64,000 bases of DNA from Antedon mediterranea (lineage: Eukaryota; Animalia; Echinodermata), in assembly GCF_964355755.1 (NCBI RefSeq), contig NC_092671.1, positions 6,200,001-6,264,000 on the forward strand. The letters run 5' to 3'. The notes beneath the pieces are model-generated. The model saw only the letters and a list, made by a program, of their open reading frames with translations. It was not told the origin of the DNA and did no database searches. Below, piece by piece: positions 39,801-51,800 of this stretch. Made by a program: the position numbers and the translations under genes. Each line of letters starts with the position of its first letter. Position 1 is the first letter of the stretch.

Positions 39801-42800
39801 TCTCTCTTGTTAAACCATCCACAACTAGATTAACGCTGTCGAGGTTTTCATCAATCTTGTTGTCGACTACAGCGTTATGATAAGCATGTGACTGTTTGCC
39901 ATAGGGTAGAATTTAATTTAAAGAAAATGCATGCGATCTAATAAAAAAGAGTTTTACTCCACAGAAACTGTTAATATATCAGTGAATTTTGTGGGACTTT
40001 TTCTCAAAATGATTGTGATAAAAAAATAGTGTTTTCTTGATTAGTTTTCACAAATTGACAAAAAAAAAGCTCCCCAAAAATGGTTGACATTTCAGACTTG
40101 CTTTGCATAGGGTAAATAGATATTCTATCACTATGGAAGTCATTTGATAACTACTATATCTGTAATTATCCAATATGAATATGAGGGTTATTTAAAAAAA
40201 TGTGTTTTGCAATGGTGATATTGATGATGATTGTTCTGAAGTAATGAATTATTACTTATTAATAGTGTATTATTCTTATAAATATATTCAAGCTGTCACA
40301 AAATAATAATTTTGAATATCTCAAATGGTGCTAGTTGCTTTTTTTTTTTTGCAATAATATACAAATATAGTATCACAATATAGTATATACTGTAGTGTTG
40401 CTTTATTGTAGTGAATATTTTGTTTTAACTTCTCATGGCTTGTTTATCGTCCTTCGGACATTTTGACCCTTGATTTCTGTAAATAAGATGTCGATCACAG
40501 TTAACATCAAACAGTAGATTATAAAGAAAAGTTGGCCTACTTCTATGTGTTTGCATGCATAGCATGTATTTCAAAGCCCTAGTTACTTCACAAGGTACAA
40601 CTTACTGTAAATAAGGCTTCCTTCTATGTATGTGTGTATGATTGAATTTGATGAACTTGTAACAATGTAAAATAACATTTAAACGACGACTGTTGAAAAC
40701 ACTTTTGACAATAGAATTATGTTTGTTTGTTAGCATACATGTTTCACAATGATAATTATGAGATAGATATAGATAAACAAACCAATCTTTAAATACTGTC
40801 AAAAGTTGAATAATATAGGCCTAAGTTTAGGCAGAGTTGACCCATCCACTTTTACCATGTATATCCGATTCTTCTTGTAGAATAGTAATATGCATACATT
40901 GCTATTTAATCATGTTCATAAATTGTTTGTTTTTAATATTCTTACTTTAACAAAGTCTTGGCTGTCATGTGCATTGTTAACTGCTTTGCTCTAATCACTA
41001 GGTATTTCTCTCTCCACCGAATAACTCGATACATAAAGAGAACACGAATATTGAACTTGTTGTTTTTGTATGCTATCACTGTTTTGTGTTTGCTATCACA
41101 TGTGCTTTATTGTTTGTCATTCCAGGATCGTCGCCGACGACCACTTTGAGCAACAGTGCAAACGCTACTAACGCACTCAACCTTCAGGGATACGCTTCAC
41201 AAGGTCTGAATTTTAGTTTCGCCCCGCTTTAACAAAAAATACCTTGATGCATTTTTCTATTAAGTTTCAGTAAATTTGATTATGAAGATGCAATACCGAG
41301 ATAAATCCATTTAATTTACAACATAAATTCTGTATTTTTTTCATTTCTTTCTTGTACAGCACCAGTGAATTTACTGAGCGCTATATAAATATAATAATAA
41401 ATAATAATACTTTAAAGGCGCTTAATCTTTACACATCTGTAATGAAAATATTCAAAAAGATAATTACCTTTAATGGTGTTTTCACAAACCTTGTAACAAA
41501 TGTAGTGTAAACATTTTTCTAGGATAGATTTCCTACATTTAGGTTGAACAAACCAAGTTAAATTCTAAACTCTTATTGTATTGAAATTTCTTTTTGTTTC
41601 AAATTGTTTTAGCAGCAAAGACTTTTTGCAGCGAAGAAAACTTTGAAAAAACCACACAATTTTAAAATAACTTGTTTTTAACAATTAACGACAGATAAAT
41701 GTTATTTTGTCACCTTAAAGGCTACCAGATAAAACGAGAAATAAAAACTGAAATGTATCACCCAACTTTCAACGATATAGCATCCTGTACGGAAAAGTTT
41801 GATTTACATTTTTTCTATACAGTAATTTATTCCTTGCTAACATTAACAAGTTTTTTTTCCTCAAACTAGCGACATAGATTTTTACATTTTCAAGCACCCT
41901 GAATTATTAACTATCTTGCACCTCGTCAAGAATGAACAGATCTTTTTTGAATAATTGACTGTTCTCGATTCTCACACATTTCTCGCAATCTTATTTACTT
42001 ATTACGTTACTGCACATGCCAGTATTTATGTGGTTTCGTACACTAAATTTCTGCTTAAAAATAAACGTTCATCTAATAATGTGTTTCAGATTGTTTGAAG
42101 TAAAATGTCCATGTTCGTTTGTGTTAATTTGTCACCTACGACTGATTATACATCATTTCATCTATAAATTTGTTTTATTTTTGTAGGTTTTCTTATAATT
42201 TTATATGTTAAAACATCAACTTAAATATTTCATTATCATTTAATACTTTATTTTTACAACTACCATCATTTTATAAAATTATAATTATGTCGAATATCCC
42301 GGTTTCATAAATTTAAGAATTTAAGTTTCAATTTTCTAATTGAGTAATTATTGTTATTAACATTGTTATTTATTTGATTGATTTTGGCAAAACAAACTTT
42401 TTGCGCCATGAAGTTACAAAATGAGGCAATAATTTTCTATCGCTGGTTAGCTCTGCACACACCCACACAATACAAAAATCAATACAAGATTACAAGTTAT
42501 ATATATATCAAATCTTAATATTCTATAGAAAAAGTAAATTTACCTGTTAAGCTCTATCTACAGTACACTATCAAACTAGTTTGATATAAAAAAAAAAGTG
42601 TGATATGTAAGTAAGTATATGACATGACATGTCATATACAGTTTGATAGTGTAGACAGAGCTATAGACCAAGATATTTAACCTCAATAGATCAAATTCTT
42701 TACCAATCCAGATTGATAAATTCATCATCAGGATCAGATTAATATATTATTTGTACTAATCAGTGTTACATATAGATTGTTTTATACGCATACAGACCTA

Positions 42801-45800
42801 TATTCTTTTACATAATTTCATATATAGTGTGAAATTTCACTTACGCCACAACATTCAGGACAATTTATTTATCAATAATTGATCATAGTTTATCATTTTC
42901 TTTCATCTCATTATTTCATAATGATTTTGTTTTCATTCACCATACTTTTATATATGTATTGACAATAACAAATGGGTTTTCTAGTCGTTGTAACCCCAAG
43001 ATAACCAGCATAAATAATGTAAAAAAAATGTTTTTATAGTGTGCTTATGAAGCTAGGCAATAGTGACTCAAGGATAAATTAGAATTTTATTATAATTCTG
43101 TACATAAATATTACTTTTACTGATCTTCGAAGGAAAATTAGTGTTCATTTCACAATATGGAGTAAAAAAAATCAATAGATCGTAACCGACATTATGTTCA
43201 GAAACCATTCCGACTAATCAGCAATTTCATGGTTTCTTTGCGAACCCACATTTTTGTAATCGCATGAGATATCGTAATACATTATGATCTGTGTATTTGA
43301 GTCATTTTATTGGGATAAATATCTGAATGATTTGGTATCTGTTTATACTTGAAAATATCAATGTTTATATTGCTAGATCACAAGTACATCTCCATAATTT
43401 CTTGTACAACTAATTCTAACATCCATCAAATTTGTTCAGCATGTCTGTTGCCGATGTTTCATATGTTAATGACGCTACTATAGTAGATTTACATCTGAAT
43501 TAATGTGTTTAATTTTAGATAAATCTCTATATTAAGTAATATTGTGTGATAGTTGACATTGGCACATCAACTGTCTGCGTGTGGCTTTGTATGTAGATGC
43601 TATCTTGCTTTGTCGTGCTAACCTTTGCATGTTTTTTTTCTTTGCTTTTAACAGTGGTATCTGCAACTCAGACTAACAGCACTAATTCCTTACCTGGACT
43701 TGGACTGCAATCATTAACAGGTGTGGAATTTATATTTATTAAATATTAATTTAAATGATTTTCATTGTGCCGTGGTCTAAAGTGTGTGACTACACTATCA
43801 AACTAGTTTGACAAAAAAGTGTAATGTTCCCAAATATCAATCAATCAATTCAAATTTATAATGCGCCGAATTCTTTCCAGAAAGATAAGTTCTATGGCAC
43901 AACGCCAGAACCGCTAGCACTCGTAAATTTGTTGAAATAAATATGATTTCAGATGCCTTTTTCCTGATGTTAATCGGATGAGTGTTTCATATAGATGGAG
44001 CGCAGACATATGGTAGTGATATGCCCAACTATGGTAGCGATATGATATGTCCATATATGGGCACATCACATTTGTTTGTCACATAAAGTTTAATAGTGTA
44101 GCAAAACTTAATATACAAGCCAACCCCCAAATTTAGGAGGAATTTTCAACATGTTCTGAACGCATTCCCACAAACAGCACAGGAAATGTGCTATGTTTTA
44201 GGGCTGAAACATGGCAGTATCCCATTGGATTATTAGATTAGATTAGTAATCCCGTAAATAACATTCTACCACCATTAGATGGAGTCATTGTTAATACAAT
44301 TAGAGCATAATCAGGGAATAGTGAAATAATTATTAATTGTAATTTCGCTCTTCCCTGCCATAAATCTTGCAAATTGTTGTAACCATGTATTCTGAGACTA
44401 TACTCTGTTACAAATGACAAGTATATTAAAAATACACATGTGTATTTTTTATATACTTGTATTGTCATTTGTACTTAAAAAGTATAAAATCAAATATTTG
44501 TATAAATTACCCAAAAAAATTAATTTACAGTCCGATTTGCTGCTTCTGTTATTTACTAGGGTATCTTTATGATCCACTTGTAATTATCGTTGCAATACTC
44601 CTTAATGAGGTTTAATACATGTTGGCAAATGTTAATAATGCCCATCAAATATTGATGAGCCGCCAATGGTTAACTTGTATGCGACACTCTTCTTGGTAAA
44701 ATTGAATAGTACACACTGCAAACCCATCTAATATTGACTGAACAATTACAATATTGTATTATTCATATTACATCCAAATTATGGATTGAATTACATCTAA
44801 ATAATGTTATATAATGAAATTAGATGATCTGAATATATTAAACTAAGGAAGGATTCAAAATAAACTAGAAAGCCACTCCGAGAGTGCATACCTCCGCCTA
44901 CTGTAAAATTCTCCTACATAAGATTTCTCCGTTAAAAAAAATATATATATATATTTGTGTGTGTTTTAATGCTGTTTCTGATTTAGGCTAATTTAAATAC
45001 AAGCATGTGTATGCGAGTTTGGTGTAATGGTTATGTAACAAGCCTTTCAACAATTAACAATAGCTTCAGTTGACTAACAATAGAACAGCAACGCGAAAAT
45101 CAAACGAGTGAATTTGAAAAGAAATAGGTTTTTTTAAACTACTCGCATCAAAAAACGTGCACATTAAATAAAATTATGTTTTAAAATTACAAATCAGAAA
45201 TTATAACTCTTGCCTCTTGTACAAAAATGAAGTTTTTTGGACAAGTAGTTTTCGAGAAAATGCAATTACAGTTTACTTGTTACTTTAAGACTGCTCGCCG
45301 GCTTTTGAAAAATTTTGTCCTATCTTTTAACACTAGCAGGTCTGAAAAGTATACTAAAAAGTAGTCCAAAATTGGGACCGTGATCCGAAATGGTCCCAAA
45401 ATTTAATGGAATGGTCCTTGACCACATATCTATCTGTACATTCATTTTGGTAAAGACCTTGTAATTAATTTTTGAGTAATCCTGCTAACAAACAAATGAA
45501 AGCACTCAGAAACTGAGTGAAGTACTTGGCAAAATATATCCACGGACTCGGAGCATGTTGCAAGATACATTTTTTTGCTTTAGGTATTAGCTTTACATTG
45601 TTAAAATCCTGCTGGGGTTAATAATTTTGTTTAAATAATTGTTGGATACAAACAACTCTGGCATTGCAACAATGACCTTTCTAAAATCAAGATTGACCAG
45701 AATAATGATCGAGGAGTGTCTTGAAGCTGTGCCGATTAGCGGCTCCTCTGCCTTAACCCATGTAGTAAGCTTAACCGCTTGACCAGTCGACTAATGTTTT

Positions 45801-48800
45801 GGTCCATATCAAATAATATGTCTATGTTAAAAGAAGACAGAATGTGTGCTATTTTATATATCGTACGGAAGATAAGCTTTTGTGACAAACAATATATCAA
45901 TTTACCTGAAAATCAATAGGCATGTTCTGTAAGTATATACCTATGTACAGAATGAAATAAGGAAGGAAAAACACTGGTACTAACAAAACTAATTATCAAG
46001 TAACAATAGTTTAATTTGAATAACAATAGAACAGCAACGCCAAAAACAAACAGGTGAATTTGAAAAGAAATAGGTTTTTTAAAACTACTCGTATGAAAAA
46101 GCCAGTACATTGAATCAACTTTTGTTTTAAAATTACAAATCACAAATTATATCCCTTGCCTCTTGTCCAAAAATGAGGTTTTTTGGACGAGAAAATGTAA
46201 TTTCAGTTTACGTGTTACTTTAAAACTGCTCACCGGCTTTTGAAAATTGTCTCCTATCTTTTAACACTATCCGCTCTGAAAATAATATCATTTTTGTTAT
46301 TTGTGAAGTTATTAATAAACTAATTTTGTTGATTTTCAATAGGCATGGTCTGAAAGTATATACCTATCTACACCCAAAAATTCAGAACGATAACTTGAAA
46401 ACTGTAGGCGCTATCGTGCTAACAAACATACAAACAAACAAAGTAAATACTATACTTGGCAAAATTCTTTTTGCCAAGTAACAAACAAACCGACAGACAA
46501 ACAAACACACGCGATCGATTACATATACCTCCTTGGCGGAGGTAAACAATTACACATACTGGTATAGAAAATTAGAACTTTGTAATGTATGATGTCTTCT
46601 TTCTTTTTTTGCTTAAAAATAGAGCAAAGTAATTTATCAAATTGTCGCAATGTTTTGGTATCACAAGCAGTCCGACTTTACAACATATCGCCTCTCGCAA
46701 AACCATTTTACACAAAACACATTTTAAAATCTAGTACTTTTTATAATCTCCTAATTTTTTTATGCTTATCTTTGAAAACATTGTCTACACTGAATAACAA
46801 CCGTCCATAAATCCCTGCAGTTGTCTGGTTTTTAATAGTTTTCCTATATCAGTTTAACAATCAATATAATGAGAATGTTTATTTTGATTCTAGCACGTTA
46901 TACAACCAATTGCATAATCTGGGTACGTTTTCCCGTAAGAGTAGGATTTTATTTTGTTTTGATTGAAAGCAGCTTCGTCCATAATTCTTTAGAGCAAAAC
47001 GTTTCAAGGTGATTAGTAAAGTGTACTCACTGTAAAATTTAAAAACTTAAAATTGAATCAATATTTTTGATTTCTTAATGTTTATCTGAGTTTTTAAATG
47101 GCATGACAATTCCCAACGATCACCAAATACTAGACAAATTATTTCTATTAGAAACTTGCTTGATATTCTATCAGTTTTGTATTTATATCGTTGAAGCGGA
47201 ATTTATGTCGGGTTGAAGTAGAATTATGTCCTTTTTTTTTAAGCCGTTTGAAATAGATATCAAGTGAAAGTGATACTTGTATCTTGTATTGAAGGCCGTA
47301 ATTGTCTTGGAATTGCATTCTAGTGACAAATATTGTCGTAAAGAACGCAATTAATTACGTTAACTTGAGTTTCTGTCAGTACTGGTATGTTTAAAATTCT
47401 AAATTTAAAACGAGTCGTTTGTTAATATTCATGTGTTATACTGTACCTTTTATTTTACATTTATTCATATTTTAAAAATTTCATATTGCACTATAAAGAT
47501 TTCTAACAATTGTCAATGTCAAAGAATTAAATGTACAAACCGCCAGTAGTAGCTGTACACTTGAGGGATAAATGTGTGGGGCAACATTAAAATGTAACAA
47601 AATGAATGAATGAAATAAACCATTTCAAAATCCTGGATGCATCACTTAGTTTAATTTTCTGGAAGCAAATCCATACCTCATCATTGCTATTCAAATTATT
47701 CATAGCAAGTCAATCGTCAACACAATTTATGTAGAATAAAAAAGTAATATTGCATTTTGATGTAAATTCTAATATAATTTTGTTATTACTGAGGTTTAAA
47801 TCAGATTTGTAGTTTTTGAGCGGATGTGTGAAAATTGTGTCGTTAGAATAATGACTACCCTCATTTATAATGTATTTTTTCTTAATATTTTTCTCTTCGG
47901 TTATCTAATATGTTTGCAACAAATTTTATAGTTTCTAATTTTGTTTGGTGATTGAAACTGATTTATCGATTTTTAAATTAAAGTTTAAAAGGAAACTATG
48001 CTTTAAATTCCAAGGTCTATTTTTTAATATGCGATGTTATTAAAAATATTTTTAGATGTTGAAGGTATTGGCTTGCAAATTCAGCTTGGTTTTTTTTTAG
48101 TTCAGTCAAAGTTCTTTGCTTATATAGTTTAGTGTATCCACTAATTTACGCCTTAAGAAGAAGCTCAAAAAACTTTTACCTTTTTATGTTGAAGATATTT
48201 GAATATAAATTAAAGAATTGTTAAGGTTTGAAATAGAAAAAATGTAATTCACAATTTTGGACTTCAGTTGACAGAACTGCCATAATTCATAACCTGTGAC
48301 TTGGACAATTTATCAATGTTTAATTTTTTTCTCTCTTTTGTGGCTTCACCACTAATTTTATTCATATTAACTTCAAAAGATCAATACATTATTTCACATA
48401 TTTCAATGTTGAATATTTTGTGAGCATGTTGTAGTGTTTTAATGTCATTTAATTTAATTAGTGGATGACCCGTAATAATCATTAATTTTATTAGAGTTTA
48501 AACATAATAAAAAATAAATGTCTACAATTTAGAACATTTTCTAAAAAATTCACTTGTTGTAAAGTTAAGAAAAGCTATTCAATGTTTTATATTAATAAAA
48601 TGTTAATCTGCTCACTCATCACCCTTTTGTACTTTTTATAAATTCTTTTGATTTATTTATTTTTGTTTCATTCTTTCATTTCTTTTTCCCTATTCTTACA
48701 GCCCACTTACAGGGACAGAGACCAGGTATGCTATACCCCTTATTATTTATTCTGCCTGTTATATTCCATGTTTATCTTCACCGTTTCTACTAATATTTTT

Positions 48801-51800
48801 GTTTAGTTTGTGGAATTGTTTTATTGTAGTAGAGTCTTTCTGCCTGAATTTCCAAATTCCAACTAAAGCTCTGTCTAAACTATCAAACTTTATGTGACAA
48901 GAAAGTGTGAAGTGCCCATATATGGACATGATAATGTATCACTACCATATTTGGAGATATCACTGTCATATTTAGGCACATCACTACCATATTTAGGCAC
49001 TTTTTTGTGTCAAATTTGTTTGATAGGGTAGACAGAGCTTTATTCTTTATGTTTTATAGATTAATATTGAATGTAATTTTCCTTGTGTTTATTATGAAAT
49101 GTGGGATAACATAATTTTAGCTAGAGTAGTAGTATATCTATTTAATGTGTGTGTGTTAATTTGGTGTTCAGTATTTGAATTAATACAACCATAAGAATAT
49201 AACAGTTGATTTTCAACATTCCTATCTATTATGTATTTAATAGCTATGTCTAAATTGTTATTGTATTTTTGTTTTTACTAATTAGTTTCTGTGATTGCAT
49301 TTAATTCTTCATAATTTGTAAAGAATTTATTAATGAATGAATGTTTTTGGTGATTTGATGTACTATTTTGGTTGCTTTAGTAAACTTTGTATATTGTCCG
49401 ATTGCAATAAGGTGTATTGTATTTATGGAATACTTTATTTAGAGAAATAGCTAATTCCCTTTAGTCCGTTTGTTATATGTATACTTGTTCTTTGATATTA
49501 ATTTGCATTAATATATGAATTAAGTATTATTATGGTTAGATATGAATTGAATCCTCAATTCTATTTGAATAATGGTTATCATGACCACGCTTTTATAATT
49601 GTAGAAGATATCTGTGTTTGGGTGTCTGAACCTATCTTCTACATGCTCATACTATACAATTGAACATTTCTTGTGAGAGGAACCAGAAGATATTATGAAT
49701 ATCAGTAGAAATTACAATAGGAATAGAGAATAGTATATGTAGTAGGTTATTTCAATGATTTATAATGCTTTATCTCTTTTTTTCCCCATATCTGGTAATT
49801 TAGGTACAGCACCCAATATATCAACGAATAGTGCACTGTCAGGGTTAGCAGGGCTACAAGCCCTAAAAGGTGCGCATAGCACGTTTAATTTACAACTTTA
49901 GTGTTACTTCTCACTTTTTGAAATTGTGTTGCACTTTAACCTGGCCAGGTGTCCAATCATAAACTGATTATTATTATTATTATAAATTTTAAAGATATTT
50001 TGTTACTTATCTCCTTCCAATTAAAGACCATTTCTATTTCGTTTTAATGAACAAAACATACAAGTGCTCTTTAATTAGAAGGCATGAATTTGAAATTTAA
50101 ATACACTTGGCCAATACAATTTTTCTTTTGGGGAAATTTCTTAATTTTTTTGTTAGCATGCCTCTTTTATAAGTTGTATTATCTTCCACGTTGCATGGTT
50201 TTTTTTCTGGATTCCAATTTGGTTGCTAGTTTTTTCCTCTATTTACTTTCTTTTGCATCTTGTATAGTCAATTGATTACTAGTTTGTTCCACTTCACTAT
50301 TACAAAAAAATCACATTTAAAGTAGATTAGCATTTATGTGGTTGCAGGCCAATTGATAATTTTTAATTGATAAATTCAGAATTTTCGCAATGAATAGTAT
50401 ATTGACACATGTTTAAAGCCGTAACATAGGTAATATTCTTATACCATTGTTTTTCTGGTTTAGGCAATGCAATTATAAAGCTCTGTCTATACTATCAAAC
50501 TAGTTTGACAAAAAAAGTGTGATGTGCCCAAATATGGTAGTGATATTCCCAAATATGGTAGTGATATGACATTGTCCATATATGGGCACATCACATTTTT
50601 TTGTTACATAAAGTTTGATAGTGTTGACAGAGCTTAATATATCTATATATAATTATGACTAAATTTAGGTGGTGGTCTGATAATATGGGTCAGTATATTA
50701 TGTATTCTTTGACATTTACATATTTTTATGGTTTGCGTGATTCACATTGTTTTATGCATGCATTTGACACATATTTTAATTATTGATTTCCCTCTCTTAT
50801 CTCTCAACTCGCATGTTTATCATTCATTTTGTACATAAATATTGATATTAATAGTTTTGTTATTATTAGAATAACGACTTTGACAGACAAACATGCTTAT
50901 AACAATGATTTTAATATACATTAATCTGTCACTGAAATTGTAAAGTGTTGTCGTCCTTGAAACTACTCTCATCAAACTAATATAAATCCTTTAGTTTGAG
51001 AGTATTACATATAATTTTTTATGATCACTCTCAAGCTGATAATATCAGTCAAATATATCAACAAAAGTGAGACTGAAATTATTTTTAATTAAAGATTTTA
51101 TAAGAACATAGTAAAAGCAACAAACAAAGTTTTAAAATTGCATTGATGATCATGATCATATTGAAGTCCGACTCGGAGATATCTTTGCTATTGCTAAATT
51201 TAAAAGCCAAAAAAAACATGGTCATATTGAAGTCCGACTCGGAGATATCTTTGCTATTGCTAAATTTAAAAGCCAAAAAAAACCATGGTCATATTGAAAT
51301 AAATGGTGGGCTCTCCGCTGTTGATTGCAAATTGAAATAAAAAATGTTTTTAAATGTTTTTAAAAAGTCCACCTCTAAGCTATCTTTGCTATCGTTAAAT
51401 TTAAAAGCAAAACAAAATATATATATAAATAAAAATAAATAAAAATAAATAAATATTGAAGTCCAACTCAAGCTATCTTATCTTATGAATTTAAAAGTAA
51501 TGTACACATTGTGGGATTATTTGTTTCAGCAATATTGCTGGCCAGACAATGATGTATTATTATAGCCTTCATTATTTTCAATTCAATTTTTGCAGGAATC
51601 GCTTTCTTAATCCAGTAATTATAAGCATTTTTTTTTATGTGTAGGTTCAATAGGCCCAACAAATACACCAAATGCGCTTTCGGGTTTGACGGGATTACAA
51701 GGATTAGCAGGTAAGTGACCTTTGACATAACGCCTGTCCAGCTACGGTATCAGACTTGAGGTTTGCTATGTTTTGCAACAATATTTACAAAAACTGAAAT

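Noticed and set aside
51085-51340. ORFs with a duplicated 22-aa peptide; possible further 66-nt exons
   Set aside because: This is an intronic 66-67-bp tandem repeat. The second period is 67, there are no fitting splice sites, and there is no similarity to the 66-nt exons.
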